Origin: the human T2T-CHM13v2.0 reference genome, Homo sapiens | NCBI RefSeq assembly: GCF_009914755.1 | Contig: NC_060935.1 | Length of the DNA stretch: 64,000 nucleotides | Direction: 5' to 3' (one strand) | Shown: piece by piece, positions 43,961 to 58,661 of the stretch | Layout of the letters: the number at the start of each line of letters is the position of its first letter | Position numbering within the stretch: the stretch's first letter is position 1 | Notes under the pieces: generated by a model | What the model was told of the DNA's origin: nothing | What the model saw: only the letters and a program-made list of their open reading frames with translations | The model's database searches: none | Position numbers and translations under genes: made by a program

Positions 43961-46318
43961 ATCAATAGGGATTGAAGGCAGGGTGTAAATACATCAACCA
44001 AGGTCCACTGTTTTCCAGTTCTGATCATGATTCTTCTGTCTACAAGGCAAGTTTAACAAGGAGATTCTTTATTCTATATTCAGGAATACATTCACGTGTT
44101 TCCTGGGTTTTGTTCAGATGGAGTCTGGTATGGTTTCCCACACCTTGCACTGTTCTGTGTTCAGACACTACCAGTCTGCTCTGATTGGCTTCCTTTGTCT
44201 TACTCCTTTTAAGTTTATTAAATTCTAGCCACTAACCAGGACAAATAAAAGGCTTTGTACACCAGTTCCTCATAGGAGAATACACTCCCCATCCAAATCC
44301 ATTGAAATAAACAAGTTTCTTGTTTTCTCCCTGAACTGGTAAGATTTTTATTGGAAATTAAATATTTCAGACTTTATTCAATTTTTAAAATTTCCTACTT
44401 TCTCACTTGCTCATTTGAGCATCCTAACCCTTTGGGGTGTGTTAAAGTACAAGTCACTAGTATTTAAAACCTTATTCTGTGCATTTCAAAACACACCCCA
44501 CTCCCATTAAATACAGAGTTTATGGTACTAAATGTACCCTTTTCTTTTCAGGTACCTGAGAATTTCATTTTCTTTATTGCAAGGTTAATTAAATGTTGGC
44601 CTCAACCTCTAAATTCACTTTTGTCCAGCATATCTAGGTTATCATGGTTGAAAGGAGTTTGGAATTAATAGCCCATGAAAGTTTTATTTATATGTCTGTG
44701 TATAAATATTTTGCTTAATTTTTACTGAATGTAAAGTGTCCACACATATCAGTCATGTGTCTCCACAGCAACAAAATTCTCAAATATTTCAAAATAAATA
44801 ATAACACAAAGTCTACTGACTAAGAAGTTTACAAACATGGATGTATAACTGGTTTGTGTGTGTGGGTGCAAGTGTATGATCTATGAAACTATGCTTTATT
44901 TTGAAATGTTAATTAATAATTCATGAGGAAAAATAAAATTCAGTGAGAAATTATATATGTAAGTTAACAAAGAAAGGATGGAACTAATTTTATCGATTTG
45001 GCAAATGTTTAATTTTTTAATATCAAATTAATTAAAAACCAAAGAACATAATTAACTGTTGAAACTAAATTAAGTGATATGCATTATTTCTAAATAGAAG
45101 CTGAAGAAATATGAACTGAAGCCAAGAAGCAAAATAGATTCCAACCTCAGACAAATACAATCCAGTGGATTGTAAAAGAAATGTGATTTTAACTAGATAT
45201 TAACAAAATAGGACTAGAGACAAAAAAAAACTCTGGTGGTAATAGACCAGAAAAAGAAACCCAAGCCTAAAAAACATTCAACGAATTTTACCTGGTGATA
45301 AAAAGATGACGTGAGGCAATTTTTAAGTGAGCAATAAACCACTCAATACCTTACAGTTGAATAATTCAGTTTTAATAAAAAAGGAATCCAATAAATCAAG
45401 TTCTTATAAAAGATACAGTATAGATTTTATTATAACATCTGTAACTAGAAATATAAAACATTAATTTCAGGTTTGAAAAAAATTCAAATTAACATGCTCA
45501 TTTCTCCTACATGTAGTATGTACACAGAGATATATTTTGTTTTAAATATTTAAATGTAATAGTGAACTATGTAGGATTCTAAGCTATTGCTTTTTCACCA
45601 AGTATTTCTTATAGTGACTAATTTTTTCCACCAAGCTTTTCGAGATCATAAATAGGACCACCTGTGAGTTTCAAGCTCTTACATGGTTCCCCTAAACATG
45701 GATACAAAGTCATTTTACAGAAGATTTAATAGCTCACATGGCATTTGGTTTAGTCTTTTCTTTAGAATTTGACATAAAACTAGTAGTACTAACGTTTCTA
45801 AAAAAAGCAAGCAGAAATATGAATTTATTAAAATAAATAAGACCCAAAAATAACTATATATAAAAGTAAAGGAAAATATTATTTTCTTGAATAACAGCAG
45901 AAAGTAAAATTAAGATGTGTATATTGAACGTAAAAATGCTTTCTCTTTTGAGTTAATCCTCATAGCTACTCTGCAAGCCCTCTTTAATATTTACCGATGT
46001 CTTTACAGCTCATGTTTGACATAGAAACCCCACTTCCAGGAAAGTACAATAAGAAAATAATCAGTGGTGGCTGCAAGATCTGTGAAAGATAATATCCAGT
46101 TTAATACACAGTGTTTATAACAACAATTTTGAAAATAACCAGGATATTAGACATTTTAAATAATTAAAAATTGATTTAGAGTCATGAAGGCAACCCAGGT
46201 CCAAAAGAAAGCACACAGGTGAAAATAGCCCATTGGAGGTCCCGCTTGGGCCAGGAGGGCATCTTGCAGTGAGTGACCTGGAGCAGCTAAGCTCCACAGA
46301 GTGCCTAGACCTGGGCAG

Positions 46319-46372
46319 GCAGGGTCCCTGCCTTGGGCACACATTGCAGGGTCCCTGCCTTGGGCACACATT
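46319..46372. repeat. Perfect 27-bp tandem duplication
   Basis: GCAGGGTCCCTGCCTTGGGCACACATT twice, followed by a degenerate partial third copy. Confidence 0.95.
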
Positions 46373-47869
46373 TCAGGGGCCCTGCACATTGGAATGGCTT
46401 TTTTTGCATGGAAAGACAGGATCTGTAGCCCTAGGCCAGCAACTGTGTAAGCCTGTTCCTGTTTCTGCCCTTGGAGACATTCTAACCTTTTATGCCTTCC
46501 CAGTCCCACAAGAGATTGAGTAAACGCCCCGAGGACCACGAAGACTCCTGCCTATGGGATGGTTTCTGGCCCCATAACTTCTCCATGGTTTCAGAAAGAT
46601 GACTGGCAAGGATCACTCCCACTGGCAGGGGCTGTATTTCTTTTAACAGAGAGCAGAAGATTGGTGTGCAGGAAAGATGCTGAGATACTGAGTTCTTTCT
46701 TCTCAACAGAGGAGAGTTCAGGACTTTGGGCAACGGGCACAGTTCACGGGCTATAGCCAAATGTGTGACCAGTATGCCTACTCTTGCCCTTTTGGTATCC
46801 CGTTGCTGTGCTGCCTGTGGTCTGCAGGTCCTGAAGGCTGAGAAGATGGCAGTAGTCATCCTGTTCCTGGGGAGTTTACTACCACTGGTACTCTTCACAG
46901 GTTCCCCATCATATGTCAGGCAACCCTCAAGGCATGTCTCAGCTTATCCTTGGAGGCTTTACATGACCATCTACAACTTATTTCAATCAATGTGCTCCAT
47001 TACCACTGATTTGCCAATGATATGCTTTTTTCTATGAGTCTAAGCCATACCAAAGGAAAGATAAATATTCCCTGTGCAAATGAAATCACTCTTTTAGCTC
47101 TGCCTAGGAACTCTTGCCTACTCTGCCACCTAGTACTATTGCCTGGAGGGTAGGAAGGTAGGGAATGTGGTCAAAATTGAAAGAGATTATATTCTATGAA
47201 TGCAATAATAACAGAGTTCAAGAGAAGATAGGTTGAAGGATGTGCTGTTTGACATCTTTACTATAAAATTATGTATGGTAAAGTCAACATAATCAGAAAA
47301 TGAACTATCATTCACATTTTGTCTGAATACTGCAGGCAAAACTCGCATTTATAGTCACTATCAATGAAACATAGTAATAAAAAATTTTGGAAGAGTCACT
47401 GGAAGCCAAAGTTCATGGACTGCAAGGTGGATGATGCAGTGTCATGAGAAATAATATAATCAGCGATAAATAATTGTTATTAGGAGACTGCAGGAGGAAG
47501 ATTATTAATATCATTTCAATACAGATAGGTTCAGAAGGCATTACAAGTAATAACAGCACTGCTGTTATTTTCAGGGAGATATTAGCCAGGAATGGTACAT
47601 TTGACAATACAAAATAGAAAAAGCTGGTTTCTGGATCTGTACAGAAAGCGATAGTGTCTAGACATCATGAATATTCACATGTACTGATTTGACAATAAAC
47701 AAATACATATACGCTTCTACTCATTTTTCCAAACATTTATTGATATGCCTCCATACTTTACATGAATCTGTAAGTTTCTAAATCATTTTAATCAAAACAT
47801 TTATAAAGACAAAAGCCACGAAAATATTTTTCTGGGACCCCACAAAACCTGTTGATGGCCTTGTTGCTA

Positions 47870-48940
47870 CACATAGGGTGGCTAAGGCAAACAAACAAAA
47901 AAAGCTATATTGAGCACAATGGGATCCAGGCTTCTTAACCCTTGGAAAACAGAAGTACAAATAGGTGAAGAGGCACATCTAGAATGAACTCTGCATTGTT
48001 GCACTACAAATAGGGTTACTGGTATAATCACATGGGTTTAACTGTATAAAGATAGAAATATGGATATGGATAGAGAGATGGATGTTTATAACGTAAATAT
48101 GTGCACATACAAATATATATTTATTCCAGTCCTGTACTTTGTGAAGGCACCTGAAGAGCAACACATCAGTAGTAATGAGCACACCTAGAATATAGATCTT
48201 GGTTGCTAATTATACTCTCCCCTGAAAGAATCCAGAACTTTTTGAAAAATGGTTGATCCAGGGATGGGACAGGGAAAGTAAAAGATGAACATACAACAAC
48301 TCCATCAGTGAGAAACACTAAAAAATGATGGAGACATGACAACAAAAAGACACAGGAGTTACATGAAAGAAGCTCAAACAGCCAATTGTAAAGTAATTTC
48401 AGGAGAAAACATGTAATGATAAGAATGGATTATAATGTCAAATAAATGAGGAATCCACAAATAAGTAAATAAATAACCGGAAGAGGGGCAAATACTCTTT
48501 CTGACAATAAGATCCAGCTAACAATTATAACTAAATGGCAGAATCAAATAATCACTATTGGGAAACGATATAAAAAGTTTAAGCAAGGAAAATAAAATCA
48601 ATAGATGCTAAAATGCTGGGAGACAGTGGGATAAGAACAGGATTGTATATAGCCTGAAAATATTTCTTTACTTTTATTAATAATTAATATGTTGTAATAT
48701 AAAATATTACAAAGGGAAAACATGTTTATTACACATGGGGAAATGTAACTTTATAGTCTATCAGATTTCATCTTAATGATTGAATGATGAAAATAAGACT
48801 ACTAGTAATGGGACGCATCAACATTATCTGGCACCTGGTAGGATGCAGTGAAGGAACACAGTATCACTTCTGTGATATACTGGAGGATATTTCCTCTGGA
48901 TTGGACTTAGGTCCAATCATGAGGAAACACTGAACAAAGA
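47870..48940 (+). mobile_element. L1MC3/MC4-type long 3' UTR
   Basis: CAGTAGTAATGAGCACACCTAG, GATGCAGTGAAGGAACACAGTATCACTTCTGTG and AATCATGAGGAAACA. Confidence 0.65.
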
Positions 48941-49501
48941 CACTTGGTTGACAGAAACCTAAGAGGAGATTGTTCTTGATGCAAGACTGAGAGTTACATG
49001 CAATACTGCTCTCTATGATGTAAACAGAAACAATGGAAGATAATCAATGTTCTGCGTACTTCCAACAGCTCCTCTGTTTTTCTTTTTATGCTTTGTCACC
49101 TTTGGGTCTGGGGAGTTTCTCCCTTTCTCTCTCTTAGAGCTAAGCCCTACTGTTAATATATTCATCTTTCTCCCTTGGGACTCTATTGTCATCGTCCTTT
49201 ATTTCCCTGTGACATGAGTTAATAAATGTTGTCCTGTCAAAGTAAGCATGTAGATTGATACGTGTGCAATGGTCATTCCTCAGGAGACCAAAGCAATTTT
49301 GGTCTGACTCAATGACATCTGACAGAAACATTTAGCAGATCTAAGTCAGGTCTTATTGAAAATAGGAGTTCAGGAATCTGTCTCTTGCTGGAGAGGAAAG
49401 AGGGAAATTAGCTGAGTGGACATGTGTAAAATTCTCAAGGAATAATAGAGACCTAGGAAGTTACCTACATTAGCAAAAATGGAATGACATTTAAAAGATA
49501 G

Positions 49502-49680
49502 CACTGGTTCTCTAATTTTGTGTGGCAAATTATCACTGGCAAGCTTTAAAACAATGAATTTACTAGGTTCCACTTCCTAAAATTTTGATTCAGTAGGTCT
49601 AGTTTGGGGCTTAGAAAAGTTTTATTATTATCAAGTTCTTAATAGATTCTTTTCCACATTAATTAGAGAACCAACACTAT
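49502..49680. mobile_element. MER5A-like hAT-Charlie MITE
   Basis: CACTGGTTCTC ... TTTGATTCAGTAGGTCTAG ... GAGAACCAACAC terminal repeats and core. Confidence 0.6.
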
Positions 49681-49879
49681 AGCAGTATCTTGCAAAACTC
49701 ATTCTGCTATTGTTAGTATTGACAACTGCTGCTGTTAATATAAATAACTTTCCTGGTCTTTGTAATTTCTTAAAAGATATTTGACCCTCTACAACGTTTC
49801 TATTTAGTTAATTTCTCTACTTCCTCGTCAAGACAAGCAAAACAGCTGGGTGTGCAGAGCATGGACCACACTCTGAAAG

Positions 49880-50054
49880 ATATTGAATTATTGGATTAAA
49901 AAGTTCATATATCTATATTAAAAATGGAATATATATAATGATATATAATACTCACTTATATATGTATAATATGATATATGTAATAGTCATAATTATATAT
50001 AATAATCACTTTTTAATATGGATATATGCACTCTTTAATCCAATAATTCAATAT
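49880..50054. repeat. Inverted repeat, 45-bp arms (42/45 matched), 85-bp TA-rich spacer
   Basis: 49880-49924 versus the reverse complement of 50010-50054, aligned by hand. Confidence 0.92.
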
Positions 50055-50487
50055 ATATTAAATAATATATATATTCAATTTTAATATATATATATTAGAT
50101 GATTATATAGACAGATATATAGATAGCACATTGCAGATCTCGACACAGTGGGAAAGCTGTTAGTTGTACCCAGTTTAAAATTGGTTTCCAACAGACAAAT
50201 ATATGAGATCAAGTGCAGACCTTTCTACGAGGTCTTCTCTTGGAATGCCCCCTTCCTCTGGCATCTGTTCCTGGGAAAATAGTTTGTTAGAACATCCAGC
50301 TTCCAAAGCTTCACTTACCCGCTCCTTTTCACCTATTTTCTACCATACCATTAGTGCACAAGATTTATTTAGTTAACATTTTCACAAACTGACTTGTCTT
50401 CTTCAACTTTGTGACATCATTATCTATCACAGTGCCTGATACATACAAGATATCCTCGAGTTATATGTTAAACTAAAAGAACCACTT

Positions 50488-51004
50488 GTGTCTATTTTAT
50501 GTTGTTATGCACAAAGTTAGCTTAAAATTGCACAAAGTTACCCTAAAACAACAAACATTTATTATCTTACTGTTTCTGTGGGTCAGAAATTTTGCATAAT
50601 TTAGCTGGGTCCTCTGCTCAGGTTCTCGTGAGGCTGAAATCACAATGTTGACTCAGTACATCCTTATCCTGGAAATTCAGTTAGGGAAAGATCAACTTCC
50701 AAACTCCCTTAAATTAGTGAAAAATTTATTTCCTTGCAGTGAGTTGACAGAGGTCCCTATGTTCTTGCTCTGTTGGCTGGGATCTGTCCTCAGCTCTCAG
50801 AAACTGCCCATAATGTCAGGCCACATAGGCTTGTCTCTTATACTTTGAATCTCTCTAATTCTTGTCTCTCATATCTAAATTCTTTTTTTAAAATAAGGAT
50901 CACCTGATTTGGTAAGGCCCACCTGAATTTATGGAGGCGATTATACCAGACAATCTTAATAGTCCAATAATCTCTGGAGCTATCTTAGAATTCTGCCTGC
51001 CACA
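50488..51004 (-). mobile_element. MLT1E-like MaLR LTR
   Basis: Ends ATCTTAGAATTCTGCCTGCCACA, the reverse complement of TGTGG.AGGCAGAATTCTAAGAT. Also ACATTTATTATCTTACTGTTTCTGTGGGTCAG. Confidence 0.7.
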
Positions 51005-52666
51005 ACCCTTAATAAATTAAGATCTCAGAATATTCATTCTAATTCATACGTGGTTCAATTTTATGTGCAGCTCAACATTCAAACACTTTATTATCTATTA
51101 TGTATATTCAGACAAACAATCAACCATGGCAATTTGATTAATGAACTGTTTTCCAAGTCATTTTTTTTTTACCCAGGGCTGGAAAATGTCAAAGTCTAGT
51201 ACTATTTTAAAACTATGGCAAGAAAAAAGTGACTGTTAAAGATTCCTTCTATCTTAAATAAGATAATGGGGAGAAATTGATGCCTGACATTGCCCTTTCC
51301 TCTGTTTGTGTAGATCATAATAAAGTAGCTAACTTAAAATGACTGCTTGCTTTGACCAGGCATTGTGCTATTGCATACATTATGTATTCAATTTTAAGTG
51401 AATCATGTTAAGCTTACTATTACTGTCCCTATTTTACAGATCATGAAGCCTAATCTAAGAGAGATGTTTAATATATATTTTGAGTCTTTTCCAAGAAACA
51501 TTCCTCTTTAGAAAAAGAGATATGCCTAACTCATAATGAAATGAGTTTCTATCCATACATCTGTTTTTTTCTTACCATTCTTTATGTTCCTAGAACTCGT
51601 ATTTGAGATTATTTGTTAAAGGAACTAAAATAATAATCTTTTTCTCTACTGTGCCTTTAAATATATGTTTCAAAATAGACTATTGTATCAGCTCTAGAAA
51701 TGTACAATTGAAGGTAACCTTTGTAAAACAATAAAGATATCATTTTGTTCCTGAAACTCAGTAATATATTCAATATGACACAAAGGAATTCACAGCATGT
51801 TACTACCTTAAACAATTCTCCGAAAATAAATGTATAAAACCCAGATCAATTAGTAAAATTAATAATATTTCACTAAATTAAAACATTGAATTTTGAGTGT
51901 ATATAATTAAATAGGCATAAGTAATTTAAAAAATTAAACAATTTAATTCTCTCATAGGTGTGCCTTTTAATATAAAGGTGGAAAAACTACTTTGCTAATA
52001 AATATAAATATGCATATACATGCAAAAATAATGTTTCTTGGGCTATATGTTAAATAATTGGGGACTAGAGTGAAGAGTACTTGATTCTATGTGTAAGAAA
52101 TTTTTATTTTGCTGTATTGAACAAAAGTATATTTATGTAAAATTTAGTAAAAAATACTTTGCATGAATTGTGTATATAAAAGCTTCACATGAGCTATGTC
52201 TCACAGAAAAAATTAAAATAGGCCAATATATAAATCAGGATCCCATTACTACTCCTGTTATAAAAAATTACTTAAAAACTTAAGTAAGATTTTTATTTGA
52301 ACATTGCTAATAAAGATTTAGGTCCTGCCCTCATGCTCTTTACAGAGAAGTGAGGGAAATAAGACATGTCTGCAAATGAGTAATTTGAGATAGGAAGCAC
52401 TGACGACTCATTTAACAAGCAATTCTCAAGCACCTGCATCAGGGAAACACTCCGCTAAAGTGCTTGAGTTAAAGCAGGCAGCCTCCGTGTTTTTGAGAAA
52501 AAGGATGATAGGTAAACCAAACCACAAGAGGACAGATTAATGGCACCCACTGGGGTAGATACCATTTGCTAAGTGAAGCTGAAATGTGTGTACGTGAAGG
52601 TAAACAGTGCGTATTTCAGTCTGTGTCCCTTTATCGAGTCACAGACTTGATAAAGATTCATAGGTT

Positions 52667-52991
<325 letters not shown>

Positions 52992-53789
52992 TCAAAGAGC
53001 TCTGAGTTGTAGAAAAAAGGGTAAAAATCACATCTTGGAGGAAAGAAAGCAAGTTTCTGGAAGATTAAAAATCATAGCTTTGAGTCTGTATTCTCAATAC
53101 ATTTAATCAGATGCACACAGAGCACTGACTGCCAGGCACTGTTCTAAGAGCTTTCAAATATTAACTCATTTAATGTGCTAAACAGTCTTAGAAGGTTTGC
53201 AGAAGACACTAATAAGCTGTTGAGCTGCAGTGTGTAGACTTGAACCCAGGTACTTGGATTCCATAGTTCATGTATTTAAACACTAAGTATATTACCTTCT
53301 CAGTATAAAGCAAGTGAAATGAAATGTACTAGGCTTTAGGGAAGATTTAAAAATTTGTTTCAAAAGATATGATCAAGTGTGCTCCTTTCTTCTATCTACC
53401 TTCCAAATAATTCAGCAAGCAAAGAAAAATACTCCTTGACAAATGCAAATAAGGTTTCTCCTTGCAACCTTTTCAAAGGCCCTATGTGCCATGTAAACAA
53501 TGTAACCTATGCCTTTTCGACGCTTATCATAAATCAGTGGCCATTGCAAAAACACACTCCAGCACACGGCTTCACATCTTTCCTGGCCTTGTTGTCCCCC
53601 TTTTCCCCCTTATCCTCACCTTTCTGTGAATAATGTGTATGCACTTGCCTCAGAACTCAATGAACTTAAAGAACCCTGATGAAGACATAGGGCAGGAGGA
53701 ACTACGAGTCAGCCAGGGAGTTCCTGAGGAAGAGCTACTTACCACTACTTACTACTACTACTAATAATAAAAAGATGCACCAGAAAAAT

Positions 53790-54066
53790 ATGACTCTACT
53801 TTGCTGGACTTCATGGAATCTGCCCGTGATGCCTAGATCTGCTGCAGCCACTCTGTGACACGGAGGAGTGAAAACATGTACCTGCTAAAGATGGCTGAGA
53901 GGAAAGACAGAAAAACATCTGGATCTTTAAGCTACTGAATTAACCAACTCTAGAGCCTTCTACCTCCAGACCTCTTGCCTGGGAAGATAAAACACCCTTT
54001 AATACATTACTATGATTATTTCAAATTGCCTATTATTTACAACCCAAAAAACATACTAGTTGACAC
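53790..54066 (+). mobile_element. MLT1J-like MaLR LTR (3' part)
   Basis: GCTGCAGCCACTCTGTGAC, CTGAATTAACCAACTCTAGAG..CTACCTCCAGAC; ends GACACA. Confidence 0.55.
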
Positions 54067-55137
54067 AAGAAAGAAAGCTAACTAATTTTTACATTAACCC
54101 TCATTTTTACAGATGAAGAAACCTAAAGACCAATGATTTGTCATCCAGAGTCACAGAACCAGTCACTGATAGGTATAGCTAGGATATAAAAGTCCAGGTC
54201 TGCCGAGCTCCTAAACTCGTTCACTAACCACAGATAAAAAATAAAAGTAAAACAAACAAACAAAAAAAAACTTGTAAACAACACCTGCAAAACACTTGGC
54301 ACAGTGGTTACTTCATAAATACTATTTTAAAGAATACAGTTAACGGGAAGTTAACCATTTTAAGATTACCTCAAAGCCTAGTTGTGCCTGGGGTGAGATG
54401 GGAAGAGACCAGTTTCCATAGATTTATACACTGAGCACCAAAGTTACCTGCAGAACAGGGAAGTTGTCGGGGACAACTTTCTAACAGTGACAGCTAGACA
54501 TGGTAATAAGAAAAACCTCAGCTTCATTCCTTCCTAAGCAGGCCCCTAAAGGCACTGCTTAATGAACTCCTTCATCAAGAAGGACTCGACAGAAATAATC
54601 TTTCATATGGATGCCCCTTCAAGCTAGTCTCCAACTTAGCTGTTCCAAATTCTTACAAGGAAAAAAGCAAGCATTCATAGGTTCCTCACAACAAACCTGT
54701 ACAACAGGAATTATAATGCCTATTTTACAGATGAGAACAGTGGGGTTTAGAGAACACAGCCCAAGGACATACAGCAGCTATCACAAACTTGACCCAAGGA
54801 GAGGAGGAAGGGATAAAAATAATGGAAAAGAGATGCTTCAAGCTGGCAATAAAAGCATCACTTTCAATCCATACTTCCCTCTGGATGGAGATTAAACCAT
54901 GTGAAGTATGCAGAGATAAGCACAGTGGCTGGAGCATATCAGGCTCAAGATCCATTCCCTTTGCTCTCTGACTCTCCCAGCCTTTCCCCCTCTGGCTTCA
55001 GCAGACCAATCAATCAGAGGATTAAGAGTGAACCCACCCTATGGCTAGGGCTCAAGGTGTACCAGAAATCCTAGATGTTGGACTTAAACTGAATCAGAAG
55101 GTAGTGTTTGCATAAAAGACAGTAGGTGTGTAGAAGA

Positions 55138-55525
55138 ATTATTCACAATAGCCAAAAAGACTATCAACAGATGGCCAAATCTGCTGAATATGATATATAC
55201 ACACAATAGAATATTTTTTAACCATCAAGAGGAATGAAATACTGACTCATGCTACAAAATGGATGAATGTTGAAAACATTATGCTAAATGAAAAAGTCAG
55301 ACACAGAAGTCTACGTGTTGTATGATTTTATTTATATGAAATATCCAGAATAGGGAATGCCATAGTTGCCAGAGGCTAGGAAGAGAAAGACGGAGGAGTG
55401 GCTGCTAATAGTTTCCTTGTGGGTAATGAAAATATTTGAAACTAGATAGAGGTGATGGTTGTGCAACATTGTGACTATCCTAAATGCTACTGAATTGTAC
55501 ACTTTAAAATGGCCAATTAAAAAGA
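55138..55525 (+). mobile_element. L1MB 3' end
   Basis: CATGCTACAAAATGGATGAATGTTGAAAACATTATGCTAA and AACTAGATAGAGGTGATGGTTG..GAATTGTACACTTTAAAATGG. Confidence 0.8.
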
Positions 55526-55578
55526 AACCTCATTAGATTTGGACATCCAGATCATTATATTTTCCACTTATTTAAACA

Positions 55579-55580
<2 letters not shown>

Positions 55581-55629
<49 letters not shown>

Positions 55630-55692
55630 ACACACACACACATATATACACACAGATATATATATAATGTATATACACACACACACACACAT
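55581..55692. repeat. (TCTA)12 tetranucleotide STR followed by a (CA)n/(TA)n tract
   Basis: 12 perfect TCTA units at 55581-55628, counted directly. Confidence 0.95.
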
Positions 55693-57903
55693 ACATGTAT
55701 TTTATTTACTATGACTTGGACACTATTATTGCAAAATATGTTAAATAGAATGACAATTTTTACTGATGTCTGATCTTTTCACAAGTCTTTATGATTTCTC
55801 AAAACACATAAAGTAATTTTCTGATTATACGGGCCAGTTTCAATTATCCTGAGATACGTTTTTGGTGCCTATAAATGTGAACTTAGTGTGGCACAATTGT
55901 TATTCCCCAGTATAATGCTTGGTTTACATTTCCTATTTATTTACTTATCCAATAAACATGGGCAACTACGCTACATTATGGAAAGTGCTGGAAACATAAA
56001 AACATTCACACACCCTCAATGGATATTGTATACATATGGACAGATAGACAAAATATTACATTATAATACAGTCCAAGCCATAATAGAAGTGAAAATAGGC
56101 TACTTTACAATCAATGAAATCTTTATCTTAGCCAGACCAAGGGGTCAATTACAGTTTTTTGGTAAAGGTGTTATCTGAGTTTATAACTTTTGAAAGAAAA
56201 AAAAAAGTTTTGACACAGCCTTGAACTTCTTGGCAAAATTGGAAGCTGACAAACTAAAACTTCCTCATCTTTCCACAATCAAAATTGCATAATATGAAGC
56301 TACACTCTCAGCTTTCTTTCTGGTTACTAAGGAAAAATGTACCTTGCCCCGACTGAGGGCTAAGCCCTTCACTTAAATTCTGGATCACATGCTTTTCCTT
56401 TTTTTTTTTTTTTTTCCTTTTACAAGGACTTTGTGCCTTCAACTATAACCTTTCTCAGTTACCATGCAACCTGAGATATTCATCATGAACTGAGTGTTAT
56501 GTTGCCCAAGAAACAAAAGTTGGAAATTAAATAGTAACATTTTCATCAAATGGAAATGGTATAAAGGGGATCAGGCTTGAGCGGGACCTAAAGGCACAAG
56601 CAAGCTGAACAAGAAAGTAGCTCAGACATCCATGGTCATTACCCATGGCATTTTGCCTTCTCCCTCTACTTGCATTTATAGGCTTATGGGAAGTTTCCAA
56701 TAACTAATTGAAAGGAGAACAGAAAACACAGTCTTGGTTTACAGGTGATTCTGCATGACATACTGACACACAGGCACCCCTCAAAAGTGGATGGTGACAG
56801 CCCTGCAACCCCACTCTGGGACAGCTCTGAAAGACAATGATAAAGGAAATCTTCACAATGGAAAAACTTCTAGCAGTGCACCTAGCTGATCTTTTTTCCT
56901 GGAAGGACAGATGACCAGAGGTGCAGGTCTCATCAGTTCATGAGCTGTGATAAACTAGTTTAGCTGGCTGATCAAGGCTTGGAAGAAATATAATTGTGAA
57001 ATTGATAAGAAAGAGTACTAGAAAAGAGGTCAGTGGGTAAATCTCTTTGAAGGGAAACAGAAGGGGAAGATATTTGTGTCCCATGGGAATCTTTACCAAA
57101 GAGTGTCCTCAGCAGAGGAGGATTTTCATTATAAAGTAGATGAAATGGCACAATCTATGGGTGTCAGTCAACTTCTTTTCAAGCCAGTCCGGCTATTGTT
57201 CAATGGGCTGATGAACAAATTGGCCATGGCCATGGCAACAGAAATAAAAATTAAGCATGGGCCCAACAATCATGAACTTCCACTATGCAAGCAGGTCTGT
57301 GCATAGTCTCTGCTGAGTGCCCAATATGCCAACAGCAAGATTAGCACTGAGCTCCCAAAATGGCACCACTCCCAAGGTGGATCAGCCAATTACCTGGTGG
57401 CAAGTTGAGTACATTGGACTGTTTTCATCCCGAAGGGACAGTGTTTTATTCTTACAGGAAAATACCTTTAATCTGGACAAAAATCTGCTTCCTGGATTGC
57501 AGTATTTCTGCTAAAATCAGCATCTTAGAAATTATAAATTTTTTTCTCCACTAGCATGGTATTCCACACAGCATTAGTGCTGATCAAGAGCAATAAACTA
57601 ATTTCACAGCAAAGGAAATGTAGCAATAGGCCTATACTCACAGAATTCACGGCCTTTACCATGTCTCTCATCCTCATGAGGCACTGTCTTCATGGTATGG
57701 CAAGAGATAGGGGACAGATACTATCTTTCAAAGTTGCAATCCCGCCCTCTAGGATGTGGTATATGCTGTAAGTCAGCTTTTAGTGTTTTTCCATAGAAAG
57801 TATTCACAAGTCAGGGAATTAAGGGATAAAAATTGAATGGTACCTATTCTTATTTCCCCCAGTGATTGGTAATTTTGCTTTCTGGCGAAAGCTGAGACTG
57901 CTA

Positions 57904-58191
<288 letters not shown>

Positions 58192-58661
58192 TTATACTAC
58201 ACAATCAATGGAAGTAAGGAAGAGTAAGTTGGAATGTAGAACATCTTGTAACATGTCTCTTATCTATCCCATGTCCTGTAATAAAAGTAATGGAAAACTA
58301 AATAACACTAAACACATCTAAACAAGTCAGGCAGGTCTACTATTGACCCAGAACATTCGGAAATAAAAGTTTAAATTACCTGACCAGGTAAAGAATTACA
58401 ACAAGCTCAGATGCTTGCTGAAGCCAATGGAAATATGGAATGGGTAGTGGGAAAAAAGTAGTTATAAAAATAGCTACAAACATGTGACCAGCTGCAGAAA
58501 TGAGGATTTTGACTTCTTAAAACTTTCATATTGATATGTTTCTATCAAATATTTTGTTTATTCTCACTCCTCTCCTTATCATCTGACATAAAATGTGTTC
58601 GTAAGAGTTAACTTTATGTGTGCCAACAGCAAAGATCAACATTGAGCTCTCAAAATGGAGG

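Noticed and set aside
46319-46390. 27-bp repeats as a CRISPR-like array
   Set aside because: Directly adjacent copies without spacers, in eukaryotic DNA.
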